Assembly: GCA_963717935.1 (NCBI GenBank)
Contig: CAVQXP010000002.1
Span: 64,001-128,000, forward strand
Length of the DNA stretch: 64,000 bases
Source of the DNA: Candidatus Eiseniibacteriota bacterium
GTDB lineage: Bacteria > Eisenbacteria > RBG-16-71-46
Direction of reading: 5' to 3'
In this document: positions 10,128 to 20,329 of the stretch, one piece after another
Position numbering within the stretch: the first letter of the stretch is position 1
How the letters are laid out: every line of letters begins with the position of its first letter
Translations under genes and position numbers: made by a program
The notes under the pieces: generated by a model
Database searches by the model: none
Seen by the model: only the letters and a program-made list of their open reading frames with translations
Told to the model about the DNA's origin: nothing

Positions 10128-10153
10128 CCCGTCCGCGGCGCGCGCGTTCCCTC

Positions 10154-10182
10154 TTGACAGCGGCTGCGGCGCGGGGCAGTGT
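10154..10182 (+). promoter_or_regulatory. Putative sigma70 promoter of the btu operon
   Basis: TTGACA at 10154, 17 nt, then a weak -10 (CAGTGT) just before the riboswitch. Confidence 0.45.
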
Positions 10183-10193
10183 GCGGCTGCAGT

Positions 10194-10352
10194 CTTCCGG
10201 GTGCCGCAGCGCGCGGCTAAGAGGGAAGGGGGGTGAGAAGCCCCCACGGTCCCGCCACTGTGATGGGCACATCGGGTCTCGGATGCCACTGGCCTGCGGG
10301 CTGGGAAGGCGAGACCCTGCAGCGGCCCTGAGTCAGGAAACCTGCCCGGAAG
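10194..10352 (+). ncRNA. Cobalamin (B12) riboswitch
   Basis: cttccggg/cccggaag closing stem; AAGAGGGAA-GGTGAGAAG, CCCGCCACTGTGA, GCCACTG...GGGAAGG, B12-box-like GAGTCAGGAAACCTGCC; upstream of a TonB receptor. Confidence 0.92.
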
Positions 10353-10516
10353 CGACGGCCCGCATCTCCTGGCGCGCCAGCCGTGCGTCGGAAGAGGGCG
10401 GGTGCAGCCCGTGATGCTTCGCTGGAGAGCATCCGCGGGGAACGGCGTCCGCGTGGCCCCGTTTCCGGTGGAGTCCTCCCGGGGCGGGGCTGTTCGATTG
10501 GGGCGCGCGTGACGCC

Positions 10517-12631
10517 GTGATCGTCCAGGGCCTGGCAGTCCTCTTCCTGCTCGTCGGGAGCGATTCGCTCCCCGCACGCGCAGCCCCCGCCCGTGCCCGT
10601 CCGGCGCGCGCGTACGCGGCCGTGTCCGGCCCCGCACGGCGGGCGGGCCTCTCGGACACCGTCACCGTGCTCCCCGAGGTGCGGGTCGAGCGCGAACGCG
10701 TGCTCTCGGATGCGCGCCGGCTCCTGCCCACGGCATTCGTCACCGACCTGCGCTCCGACGCCTCGATCCGGGCGCTGGAGAGCGTCTCGGAACTGCTCTC
10801 CCAGGCCGTGGGGGTGCACGTCGCCCGCTACGGCGGTCTCGGCTCCTTCAGCACCGTCTCGCTGCGCGGCGCCGCGCCGGGGCAGGTCTCGATCTTCCTC
10901 GACGGCGTGCCGCTCACCTCCGCGGCCCACGGTGTGGTGAGCCTGGGCGACCTGCCTGCGACCGCCATCGAGCGGGTCGAGATCTTCCGCGGACTCGGGC
11001 CCCTGAGCCTGGGCGTGGCGTCTCCGGGCGGGGCCATCAACCTGGTCACGGTCTCCTCGCCGGGACTGCGAGAGCTGCACGTGAGCCGCGGCTCCTTCTC
11101 CACCTGGGAGGGCCGCGGGACCGCCGGGTTCGAGCGCGGCCCGCTCGGCCTGCTGCTGCACGCGGGCCACCAGGGCTCGGCCGGCGACTACCGCTACCGG
11201 GACGACAACGCCACGGACTACAACGCCGACGACGACAGCACCAAGACCCGGCTGAACAACCGCTTCGACGCCTGGAACGCGCTCGGGAGCCTCACCTGGC
11301 AACCGCGCCGCGACCTCTGCCTGCGCGCGCGCGAGGAGCTCTTCCACAAGGCCCAGGGCCTGCCCGGGCTCGGCGCCGACCCGGCGCTCTCGCCCCGGCT
11401 GACCTTCCTGCGCGCCCTGAGCCTCCTCGAGGTGGCTCACGAGGGCGCAGGGCTCGCCCCGCGCGCCACCCTGCGGCTCTCCGCGGACCGCGAGCGTTCG
11501 CGCTTCCGCGACACGCGGCTCGCCGACCGGGGCGAGCTGGGAACGGGCCGGCACGACACCGACGAACGCTCCGGGGCCGAGCGGCTCGCGCTCTCGTTCG
11601 CGTGGGCGCGACCGGCCCCGTGGCTCGCGCTCGAGTGCGCCGGCTCGCTGGGACGCGAGCGCGCCGAATCGCGCGATGCCGCCGACGGGCTGCCCGACCC
11701 GCCGCAGAGCCGCCGCCTCGCCCGCGGCGCCATGATGGGTCTCCAGCTGCGCACGCCGGACGGGCGGCTCGTGCTGCACGCCGCGCGGCGCTGGGACCGG
11801 ATCGAGGATCACCTGCGCTCGCTCACTCTGGGGGGGGAGCTTTCGAGCACCGACGTCGCGCGCGTCCTCGACTCTCCGCAGCTCGGGGCCCGGCTCGGCC
11901 TGGGGCACGGGCTCGAGGTCCGGGCCAACTGGGCCCGGGCGAGCCGCGCCCCCGGGTTCGTCGAGCTGTTCGGCGACCAGGGCAGCGTGGCGGGGAACCC
12001 CGCGCTGCGCCCCGAGAGCGCCGAGAACCGGGACGCCGGCGTTGCCTGGCGCGGCCGGCTCGGGGGGGGCGAGGGCGCCTTCGAGTGGGCGCGCTTCCGC
12101 TCCGACGCGCGCGACCTCGTGGTCTTCGTGAAGAATTCGGCGAGCAGCGTGAAGGCCCAGAACTTCAGCCGCGCCCGCATCCGCGGCGAGGAGTGGAGCG
12201 CGCGGCTCGAATTGCCCTGGCGGTTGTTCCTCACGGCGGCGTGGTCCTGGCAGTCGGCGCTCAACGAAGGCCCGCTGCCCGCGTTCTGGGTGGGCAAGCG
12301 CCTGCCCGGTCGCCCGTCGCGCCAGAGCCGGGCCCGGCTCGAGTGGCGCGCGCAGGGCCGCCCGGGCCTGCGCGCGGGCGCCGAGCTGGAGGTGATCGGC
12401 GACAACGTGCTCGATCCCTACAACCTTCAGTGCGTGGCCGAGCGGCGGCTGGCCGGCGCCTCGCTCTCGATCGCGCCGTTCCCGGCCGCCCTGCGCCTGA
12501 CCCTCGAAGCGAAGAACCTCCTCGACGACCGCGCCGTGGACGTGGGCGGCTTCCCGCTGCCCGGGCGGAGCGTCTTCCTCGGCTGCACCTGGCGGCTTGC
12601 CGCGGGTGCGGGCCCCCGCACGGAGCCATGA
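10517..12631 (+). CDS. TonB-dependent receptor, BtuB-like
   Basis: Plug motifs SLRGAAPGQVSIFLDGVPL, IERVEIFRG, GGAINLVT; GNPALRPE; NLLD...FPLPGRSV; under B12 riboswitch. Confidence 0.88.
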   Translation: MIVQGLAVLFLLVGSDSLPARAAPARARPARAYAAVSGPARRAGLSDTVTVLPEVRVERERVLSDARRLLPTAFVTDLRSDASIRALESVSELLSQAVGVHVARYGGLGSFSTVSLRGAAPGQVSIFLDGVPLTSAAHGVVSLGDLPATAIERVEIFRGLGPLSLGVASPGGAINLVTVSSPGLRELHVSRGSFSTWEGRGTAGFERGPLGLLLHAGHQGSAGDYRYRDDNATDYNADDDSTKTRLNNRFDAWNALGSLTWQPRRDLCLRAREELFHKAQGLPGLGADPALSPRLTFLRALSLLEVAHEGAGLAPRATLRLSADRERSRFRDTRLADRGELGTGRHDTDERSGAERLALSFAWARPAPWLALECAGSLGRERAESRDAADGLPDPPQSRRLARGAMMGLQLRTPDGRLVLHAARRWDRIEDHLRSLTLGGELSSTDVARVLDSPQLGARLGLGHGLEVRANWARASRAPGFVELFGDQGSVAGNPALRPESAENRDAGVAWRGRLGGGEGAFEWARFRSDARDLVVFVKNSASSVKAQNFSRARIRGEEWSARLELPWRLFLTAAWSWQSALNEGPLPAFWVGKRLPGRPSRQSRARLEWRAQGRPGLRAGAELEVIGDNVLDPYNLQCVAERRLAGASLSIAPFPAALRLTLEAKNLLDDRAVDVGGFPLPGRSVFLGCTWRLAAGAGPRTEP

Positions 12632-14064
12632 ACATGTCCCGGTCCCTGCTGCTGACTCTCGTCCTGCTCCCCGCGCTGCTCGCCCCGGGGCCACCGGCCC
12701 ACGCGCTGGCGACGAAGGGCTACGTCCTGACCACGGACTACACCAGCGGCACGCTGAGCGTCGTGGACCTCGCCACCCGCGCGGTCACCCGCGACGTGGC
12801 GGTGGTGTCGGGCGACCCGTTCGAACGCTGGTACCAGGGACTGCTCTACGTGGTGAACCGGTACGGCTACGACAACATCCAGGTCATCGACCCGGCGCAG
12901 GGCTACGCCACCGTGCGCCAGTTCTCCGTGGGCAACGGCACGAACCCGCAGGACATCGCCTTCGCCTCGCCCTCGAAGGCCTACGTCTCCCGGCTCGGTT
13001 CCCCGGACCTGCTGATCGTGGACCCGTCCACGGGGGCCACCCTCGGCGTCATCCCGCTCGCCGCGTGGGCCGACGCGGACGGCATCCCCGAGGCCGCGCA
13101 CCTGGCCGTGGTGGGGGACCTGCTCTTCGTCGCGCTCGGACGGCTCACGAACTTCGTCCCGGCCGACACGGGGCTGGTCGTGGTGGTGGACATGCGGGCG
13201 GACACCGTCTACGACGCCGACCCGCTGACGCCCGGCACGCAGGTCGTGAGGCTGCGGGGCCTGAACCCGGGCACCGACTTCGCCGTGCTCCCGGCCGCGG
13301 AGCCACAGCAGGACTCGCACCTGTACATCGGTTGCTCGGGACGCTGGGGCGCGCTCGACGGCGGCGTCGAGGACATCGTGGTCCCGGCGCGGGACGGACC
13401 GCCCGGCGCCATCCACAGCGCTGGATTCGCGATCACCGAGGCCGCGCTCGGCGGGGACGTGCTGGGCGTGATCGCGGACGGTGGCGGGCACCCCTACGCG
13501 ATCGTGAACGACGCCGCCTTCAACACCAGCCTGGTCTCCTGGGATCCGGCGACCGGGGGCCTGCTCGCCACGCTTTACGCGCCGGGCGGGTACAGCCTCT
13601 CGGGCGCGGCCCTCACCGGGCGGGGCGAACTCTACGTCTGCAACAGCAGCTTCGCCGCCCCGGGGCTCTTCGTGTACGAGGCCGGCAGCGACACCTGCCT
13701 TGCCGGACCGCTCGCGACCGGTCTGCCGCCGGTCCAGATCGTCTTCGGCCAGGACAGCGCCGCTGCGCTCCCGGTGGCGCCCGGCGGGCCCGCGGTCGCG
13801 CTCGGGTGGCCCGCACCCAACCCGGCACGGGCCTCGGCCAGCCTGGAACTCACGCTGGTGGAGCCGGATGCGGCCCGGGTCGAGGTCTTCGACCTTGCCG
13901 GCCGGCGGGTGCGCTCCCTGGCGCACGGCCCTTTCGCCGCGGGCACGACGCTCCTGGGATGGGACCTCGCAGACGGGAGCGGGCACCGGGTGGCTGCCGG
14001 TGTCTATCTCGTGCGGGTGGCGACGGCACGGGCGACCGTCACCCGGCGGCTCGTGGTCCTGTAA
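12628..14064 (+). CDS. Exported YncE/BtuG-like beta-propeller with C-terminal FlgD-Ig/T9SS-like domain
   Basis: ATGA overlap with receptor; signal peptide; LYVVNR, NIQVID, NPQDIAF..KAYVS blades; tail PAPNPAR...EVFDLAGRRVR...WD...AGVYLVR...RRLVVL. Confidence 0.75.
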   Translation: MNMSRSLLLTLVLLPALLAPGPPAHALATKGYVLTTDYTSGTLSVVDLATRAVTRDVAVVSGDPFERWYQGLLYVVNRYGYDNIQVIDPAQGYATVRQFSVGNGTNPQDIAFASPSKAYVSRLGSPDLLIVDPSTGATLGVIPLAAWADADGIPEAAHLAVVGDLLFVALGRLTNFVPADTGLVVVVDMRADTVYDADPLTPGTQVVRLRGLNPGTDFAVLPAAEPQQDSHLYIGCSGRWGALDGGVEDIVVPARDGPPGAIHSAGFAITEAALGGDVLGVIADGGGHPYAIVNDAAFNTSLVSWDPATGGLLATLYAPGGYSLSGAALTGRGELYVCNSSFAAPGLFVYEAGSDTCLAGPLATGLPPVQIVFGQDSAAALPVAPGGPAVALGWPAPNPARASASLELTLVEPDAARVEVFDLAGRRVRSLAHGPFAAGTTLLGWDLADGSGHRVAAGVYLVRVATARATVTRRLVVL

Positions 14065-14316
14065 CGACTCCCGACGCGAGCGCGCCGCAGGAGGCGCGAC
14101 AGCGCGACAGACTGGCTCGGGCCCCGCGCACCTGTCCCAAGGCGAGCGCCGCGGAGTCTGGCCCGCCTCGCGCGCTCGAGTGCGCTTGGGGTCATGACGG
14201 CGCGTGGCGCCGTCAGGGCCGCGGGTCACCGAGTGTCGGCCACCATGACGATCTTCGCCCGGGCAACCTCCGGGTGCACATTCCTCTGGAACTCCACCCC
14301 CCGAATGGGTTATCAA

Positions 14317-14332
14317 TGGCACCAGCTTTGCT
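14317..14332 (+). promoter_or_regulatory. Sigma54 (-24/-12) promoter
   Basis: TGGCACCAGCTTTGCT with exact GG-N10-GC spacing, in intergenic DNA upstream of the FN3-CTD gene. Confidence 0.7.
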
Positions 14333-14533
14333 GTGTCGGGCCACGGAACAGTCTCTCTGCGTTCCGGACCTGCGGGCTGTAACGGAAACCGACGATCGAG
14401 GTCAGCGCGCTCCGACCGGGAGGCGCCTCACCCGACGCGATCCTCGGCCTCCGAGTAGGGCATTCCGGACCGCTTCGAGAGAGATCCGGACCCCATGGCC
14501 GCGGGGCACGGCTGCCTCGCTGACTTCCAAGGA

Positions 14534-15205
14534 ATGGAGATCTTGTTGTCCCTGCACCGCATCCTGGTCATCCTCGCCGCAGTCACAACCCTGAGTTCCG
14601 CGTGGGCCACCTCATCGAGGGCCGGCTCCGTGATGCTCACCTGGATCGCCCCCGGCGAAGACAGCCTCATGGGGCGCGCGGCCCGTTACGACCTGCGCTA
14701 CTCGGTGCGGATGATCACGTCCGAGAACTTCCTGCAGGCGACCGCGGCTGCGAACATGCCTCTGCCCGCGTCCCCCGGCACCAGGCAGTCCTATGTCTTC
14801 GACGGGCTCCCGTCGGGCGTGACCTGCTACTTCGCTATCAAGACCGCGGATCAGGGCGGCAACTGGTCGGCGATGTCGAACGTGATCGCGCGGCTGCCAC
14901 AGGACCTGAGCGCCCTGCCTGCCGCGCCGGGGCTGGCGTTCTCGGTCCCCCGGCCCAACCCGGCTCGCGACCTGTCGCGCTTCGAATGCGTCCTGCCCGC
15001 GGCCGCGCAGGTGAGGGTCGAGGTATTCGACCTCGTCGGCCGTCGCGTGCGCCTGCTGGCGGACGAACCCTGCGCCGCGGGGCTGCGGGAGCTGGTCTTC
15101 GACCTCCGGGATGACCGTGGCCTGCGGCTCGCCGCGGGCGTCTATCTGGTCCGGGCGCAGTTCGGGGGCACGGCCTTCCTGCGCAGGCTCGTGATCGTCC
15201 GTTGA
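14534..15205 (+). CDS. Exported FN3-like protein with C-terminal FlgD-Ig/T9SS-like domain
   Basis: Signal peptide; LTWIAPGED...YDLRYS...YFAIKTADQGGNWSAMSNV; CTD PRPNPAR...VFDLVGRRVR...AGVYLVR...RRLVIVR; start uncertain (14495-14546). Confidence 0.75.
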   Translation: MEILLSLHRILVILAAVTTLSSAWATSSRAGSVMLTWIAPGEDSLMGRAARYDLRYSVRMITSENFLQATAAANMPLPASPGTRQSYVFDGLPSGVTCYFAIKTADQGGNWSAMSNVIARLPQDLSALPAAPGLAFSVPRPNPARDLSRFECVLPAAAQVRVEVFDLVGRRVRLLADEPCAAGLRELVFDLRDDRGLRLAAGVYLVRAQFGGTAFLRRLVIVR

Positions 15206-15214
15206 CGGAGCCCG

Positions 15215-15244
15215 TTGCGACGGGCGGGAGCGGCCGGATAAAAT
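15215..15244 (+). promoter_or_regulatory. Putative sigma70 promoter
   Basis: TTGCGA-18nt-TAAAAT, then GGGAGG RBS and ATG 15278. Confidence 0.5.
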
Positions 15245-15277
15245 AGCGGAACCCCACGCCAGTCCAGGGAGGCCGTC

Positions 15278-16767
15278 ATGCTCGGGCAGCGACCACCGCG
15301 TTCCGCTTCGCTCCTTGCCTCACTCGTGCTCTTCCTGCTGCTGGGAGCCGGTCCGGCCCGGCCCGCGCCCCCCGCCTCGCCAGACTCCGCGAGCGTCACA
15401 TCGGCTCCGCGTCCGCGCTCGACGGGCGGCCGACCGCTGCGTCCGACAGTGCCCGCCGTGCCTACCGTCGCTGGCTGTGGCAGTTGCGTGCCCGCGCGCT
15501 GGCGGACAGCCTGGCGCGCCGCGCCGACAGCCTGGCGCCGGCGGACAGCCTGGCCCGGGCGGCGGCGGTGCCCCCGCCCCGCGACTACGTGGCCGAGGTG
15601 CGCGCCAACTTCACGCCCGAGAACCGCGCCTACTCCACCACGCGCGCCGCACTCGGCTTCATCGAGCCCCTCTACGGGATCCTCCTGGGGCTCTTCTTCC
15701 TCTTCTCGGGGCTCTCCGCCTGGATGCGGGACGTGGCGCGGCGCCTGAGCCGCCGCTCCTACTTGCAGGTGCTCGTCTACGTCGCCCTCTATTTCGCGCT
15801 GGGCTTCGTGCTCAGCTTCCCGCTCACCTTCTACCAGGGGTACGCCCTCGAGCACCACTACGGGCTCTCGACCGAGAGCTTCGGCCCCTGGCTGCTCGAC
15901 CAGTTCAAGGACGTCCTCGTCACCGTGGCCTTCCTCGGGATCGTGCCGCTCGTCCAGCTGGCCTACGTGCCCATCCGGCGCTTCCCGCGGCACTGGTGGC
16001 TGGCACTGGGACTGGGCACGCTGCCCGTCATCCTGGCCGGGGCCTTCCTCCAGCCCCTGGTCGTGGACCCGCTCTTCAACCGTTTCACGCCGCTCCAGGA
16101 CAAGCAGCTCGAATCACGGATCCTCGAGGTGGCGGATCGGGCCGGCATCCCCGCGCGGCGAGTCCTGCAGGCGGACAGGAGCCGCCAGACCCGCAAGTAC
16201 AACGCCTACGTGAGCGGCTTCGGCCCGTCGCAGCGCATCGTTCTCTGGGACACGACGCTCGAGGGCATGACGGCCGACGAGATCCTCTTCGTGGTCGGCC
16301 ACGAGGCCGCCCACTACCGGCTGCACCACATGTGGTGGGGGATCCTGTTCATGACCGGCCTGAGCTTCCTGCTCTTCGGGCTCAGCGCCGGCTTCATGCG
16401 CCGATCCACGGCACGCTGGGGCAGACGCTGGGGCTTCACCGAGCTGCACGACATCGCCTCCCTGCCGCTCTTCGTCGTGGCGCTGACGCTGTTCTCGTTC
16501 CTCGCCCAGCCCGGCGTGAACGCCTTCTCGCGGTGGCTCGAGCGCGACTCCGACACGTTCGGTCTCGAGCTCACGCACGCGAACGACGCGGCTGCGCGCG
16601 CCTTCATGAAGCTCGGCTCGCAGAACCGCTCGGACCCCGAGCCGGCGCCGTTCGTGGAGTTCTTCGAGTACAGCCATCCGCCGTTGCTGGAGCGGGTGCG
16701 GTACGCGCTCACGTACCGGCCCTGGGAGGAAGGCAAGCCGAACCGGCTCTACAAGCCGAAGAGCTGA
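15278..16767 (+). CDS. M48 (Ste24-like) membrane zinc metalloprotease, frameshifted near 15405
   Basis: Signal-peptide ORF from 15278 continues in the frame of 15484..16767; NAYVSGFGPSQRIVLWDT, GHEAAH (HExxH), ERDSD, YSHP. Confidence 0.85.
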
Positions 16768-16784
16768 CCCGCCCGGCCCAGGCC

Positions 16785-16811
16785 CGACGGCCACCCGATG
16801 GGGTGGCCGTC
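16785..16811. terminator. Hairpin between convergent genes
   Basis: gacggccaccc-gatg-gggtggccgtc. Confidence 0.5.
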
Positions 16812-16851
16812 AGGGGAACCGACGTTTGCCTTGACCCGGGGGCGCTCCCGG

Positions 16852-19374
16852 TCAGTGGAGCACGACGATCCGCCGCGAGCGCTCTCCGGCCTCGCCCCTC
16901 AGGCGGGCGAGGTAGACCCCGGGCGCGACAGGGCGGCCGGCGTCGTCGCGGAGATCCCAGGCCAGCGCGTAGCGGCCGGCGGCGAGACGGCCGCTCGCCA
17001 GCGTACGCACCCGGCGTCCCTGCAGGTCGTGGATCTCGATCCCGAGCGGCCCCGCGCGTGGCAGCGCGAAGTCGAGGTGCGCCATGGACCGCGCGGGATT
17101 GGGCCACGGCGCGGCCAGCTCGAGCAGCGGCGCGGCGCCGGGGCCGACGGCCACCGGAGTGGACTGCTGCGCCGGGTCGAAGAGCAGCACGCGCAACGAG
17201 TCGAAGTTGAAGCCGTCGTAGCTCGTGCTCGCGTCGGACACGGTGCGCAGGCGCAGCCGCACCGCGCCACCCGCCGGTCCCGTGAAGGCCGAGAGGTCGA
17301 GCCGGTCGGTCTTCCACAGGTAGCGCGTGGCCTGGTAGATCGGCTGGCCCACGGGCTGGGGCGAGAAGACGCCGGGGCTGGTGCCGCGTCCCGCGAGCGG
17401 CGTCCAGGTCACGCTGTCGAGGCTGGCCTCGATCACCGTGCCGTCGTAGGTCTGCTCGGCCAGCCAGCGCGCCTCGAAGAACGCCCAGGCGTGCAGGCCC
17501 GCCGAGAGGTCGAGCCGCCCCTGGTACGTGAGCGTGAGGTTCGCACCGGCCGGATAGTCGCTGTCGGGGCTGTCGGCGAAATAGCTGTCCGGGTGGCGCG
17601 CGTCGGTCGAGACCACGCCCCAGCCGCTCGAAGCGGTCCAGCTCGTGAGCGCCTCGCAGGGCTCCAGCAGCACGGTCGTGGGGTGCCCGACCAGCAGTTC
17701 CACGGTGTCGCGCGAGAAGTAGCCGCCGTCGGCCGTGAAGCTCACCTCGAAGCGCAGCATCCGGCCCAGCGTCACCGTGTCGGCCGCGCTCACCAGGAAC
17801 CTGGCGCCGTCCGTCGCGTCGCCGCTGGTGAGCGACGGCAGGGCCGGGTAGGGAACCGTGGCCCCGCCCGGGAGCACCTCCGCGCCCGCGTCGAGCGGGG
17901 ACAGCGTGGCCGTGAGGTTCGCGGGCGTGACCGCCAGGCCCAGGTTGCGCGCGCGGACGGCGAGTTCCGTGGGCAGGCCGGCGATCAGCTCGCCGGCGGC
18001 GAGGCTGCTGCTCTCGACCCGCACGTAGGGCCCGGCGATGGCCGTGACCGTGTAGCCCTTGCGCAGGTTCTCCTGCGCCAGCGGCACGATGCGCGAGGGG
18101 GCGGGCCAGAAGCCGTCGCTATCGGTGCCGATCTCGGGCGTCCAGCTGAAGCAACGCGGCTTGGACACCGTGTCGCCGTAGCTCCAGTCGTTGAAGTCCC
18201 CGTTCGTGACGTAGAGGACCCGCGGTCCCTCGCCCGCGAAGTAGGGCGAGCCGAGCGTCGCCTCGTCGTTCCACTCCCAGAACGCCATCGAGTCCGGGGG
18301 CGTGAGGACGATGTACCCCCAGGGGTGGATGAAGAGTTCGCCGGAGGCGTGGAAGCAGAGTCCGGTGGCGGGCTGGAGGGAGTTGACCAGGTCGCGCTGG
18401 GCCTGCGTCTCGGGCTCCGAGAAGGCGGCCGGCCCGCGGTAGACCTCGCTGGAGGGACTGGGGCTCGAGCCCAGGTTGTCGTAGCCCCAGTTGAAGCCGA
18501 AGTTGCGGTTGAGGTCCACGCCGTACGAGCTGCCGCTGTTGACCCGGCGGTTCTTCCGCCACATCCCGCCGCCGTCCGGGCTCAGCGTCTCGTTGTAGTA
18601 GTAGCCGTCCGGGTTCACCACCGGGCAGATGTAGATCACCCGCTGGTCGAGCAGGTAGCGCGCGAACGGATCCGTGTCGTAGCGCGAGAGCAGGTCGTCC
18701 ACGAACCAGAACAGCGCCTGCATGCCCTCGGGCTCGCGCGCGTGGGCGAGGGCGTTGAGGAAGACCGCCGGCCGCGGGTCGGGGGCGTCCATGCGCTTGC
18801 CGAGCTTGAGCCCCCAGATGGGCCGGCCCTCCACCGTCGTGCCCAGCGTGTCGATCTTGTCCGCGACCAGGTCGCGCAGGTCGCTCGCCACCAGCAGATC
18901 GAGCTTCATCTTGATCTCGGCGAGCGTCCAGTAGCCGCCCATGCTGCCCGAGCCGAAGGCCGGCAGCTCCTCGGTGCGGAACACGCCGTCCGGCCCGACC
19001 GCGCTGAGCACCTTCGTCGGCGCGGGCTGCCGGCGCCCGCTCAGCTCCCGTGCCGCGCGCTCGGCGAAGTGCCGTTCGACCGCGTCGTCGAGCACCTGCA
19101 GCGCGGCGCCCAGCGCCTGCAGGCGCTCCTCGTCGCCGGGATGCAGGCACAGGTCCGCCGAGGCGCCCCGCTTGAGCGAGACGATGTCGAAGCCGCCCGC
19201 GAGCAGCGAGTCCAGGGGCAGCGCGGGGCCGAGGTTCACCCGCACGAGCTTCATGGGCGGTTCGGCTGCCGCCGCCGCCCGGACCGGCGCGAGGGACAGG
19301 CAGAGCAGCGCGAGGCTGGCGGCAAGGGAGGCAAGGGCGGGTCGGGCGAGACCGGGCAGACGGATGCGGCGCAC
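16852..19374 (-). CDS. Exported M14 zinc carboxypeptidase (carboxypeptidase T-like) with accessory domains and CTD
   Basis: AAAGGAG RBS, GTG 19374; signal peptide; HAREP, WRKNRR, GVDLNRNF, FSEPET, FHAS, TPEIG; CTD PWPNPAR...DLQGRRVR...PGVYLAR. Confidence 0.9.
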   Translation of the reverse strand: MRRIRLPGLARPALASLAASLALLCLSLAPVRAAAAAEPPMKLVRVNLGPALPLDSLLAGGFDIVSLKRGASADLCLHPGDEERLQALGAALQVLDDAVERHFAERAARELSGRRQPAPTKVLSAVGPDGVFRTEELPAFGSGSMGGYWTLAEIKMKLDLLVASDLRDLVADKIDTLGTTVEGRPIWGLKLGKRMDAPDPRPAVFLNALAHAREPEGMQALFWFVDDLLSRYDTDPFARYLLDQRVIYICPVVNPDGYYYNETLSPDGGGMWRKNRRVNSGSSYGVDLNRNFGFNWGYDNLGSSPSPSSEVYRGPAAFSEPETQAQRDLVNSLQPATGLCFHASGELFIHPWGYIVLTPPDSMAFWEWNDEATLGSPYFAGEGPRVLYVTNGDFNDWSYGDTVSKPRCFSWTPEIGTDSDGFWPAPSRIVPLAQENLRKGYTVTAIAGPYVRVESSSLAAGELIAGLPTELAVRARNLGLAVTPANLTATLSPLDAGAEVLPGGATVPYPALPSLTSGDATDGARFLVSAADTVTLGRMLRFEVSFTADGGYFSRDTVELLVGHPTTVLLEPCEALTSWTASSGWGVVSTDARHPDSYFADSPDSDYPAGANLTLTYQGRLDLSAGLHAWAFFEARWLAEQTYDGTVIEASLDSVTWTPLAGRGTSPGVFSPQPVGQPIYQATRYLWKTDRLDLSAFTGPAGGAVRLRLRTVSDASTSYDGFNFDSLRVLLFDPAQQSTPVAVGPGAAPLLELAAPWPNPARSMAHLDFALPRAGPLGIEIHDLQGRRVRTLASGRLAAGRYALAWDLRDDAGRPVAPGVYLARLRGEAGERSRRIVVLH

Positions 19375-19502
19375 GTGGGCTCCTTTCGCGGGTCCGGGGC
19401 TCGTGAGACACCTTATGTTACCATGGCGCGGCATTCCCACGCTTCCCCGCGGGCCCCGCGGGCCCGCCCGCCGCGCACCTCACCCGGATCTCGCAGGACC
19501 CG

Positions 19503-20204
19503 ATGGCCTCCAGCACCCGCCTTGCCTGGCTCTTCGACGTGGACGGCACGCTGCTCCTCACCGGCGGAGCGGCCCGCGAGGCCTTCGCCTGCGCCGTGAG
19601 CGACCAGCTCGGGGTGGCGGACGACCTGCAGGACATCGGCTTCTCGGGCCGGATCGAGCCCCTCATCCTGCGGGACATCCTGCAGAAGCACGGGCGCTCC
19701 TTCGACTCCACCGGGGAAGCCCGCTTCTGGGACGCGGTCTTCGCCCACATGCGCCGCCTGCTCCACCCCGGCCGCGGCCGCCTCATGCCCGGCATCCCGC
19801 AACTGCTCGACCGCATCGCCGCGGAGCCGGACTGGGTGATGGGCCTGCTCACCGGCAACATGACGCAGATGGCGCGCATCAAGCTCGGGCATTTCGGCCT
19901 GGACGGGCGCTTTGCCTTCGGGGGCTTCGGCGAGATGGCTCCGGACCGCGACACCCTGGCCCGCGCGCTGGTGCGGCGCGTGGGGCGCGAGCACGGCGTG
20001 CCGGCCCAGCGCTGCATCGTGGTGGGGGACACCGAGCACGACATCGCCTGTGCCCGTGCGGCCGGGGCGCGGGTCATCGCCGTGGCGACCGGCGGGACCG
20101 ACATCGGCACCCTGGCGGCCGCCGCGCCCGACCTGCTGCTCGACGACCTGCAGGAGGCGGACGCGATCATGCGCTGGGCGGGCGCGATCGCGGCCGGCCG
20201 GTAG
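19503..20204 (+). CDS. HAD-family hydrolase
   Basis: LFDVDGTLL, LLTGN, FGGFG, VVGDTEHDIACA, AVATG. Confidence 0.9.
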   Translation: MASSTRLAWLFDVDGTLLLTGGAAREAFACAVSDQLGVADDLQDIGFSGRIEPLILRDILQKHGRSFDSTGEARFWDAVFAHMRRLLHPGRGRLMPGIPQLLDRIAAEPDWVMGLLTGNMTQMARIKLGHFGLDGRFAFGGFGEMAPDRDTLARALVRRVGREHGVPAQRCIVVGDTEHDIACARAAGARVIAVATGGTDIGTLAAAAPDLLLDDLQEADAIMRWAGAIAAGR

Positions 20205-20329
20205 CGGCCCCGCCCGGGGCGCAGCCGATTCGCCTGGCGCCTTCGTAAGTGAGAACATCACCGGGTCGCACGGCCTGGCCCCCCCCGCCGGCCATCACCG
20301 CCTGGTTCAACGAAACCGAGGTGCTACCC

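Noticed and set aside
14333..14530. Cyclic-dinucleotide riboswitch in the FN3-CTD leader
   Set aside because: Small hairpins are present but I could not find the GEMM consensus; needs a covariance search
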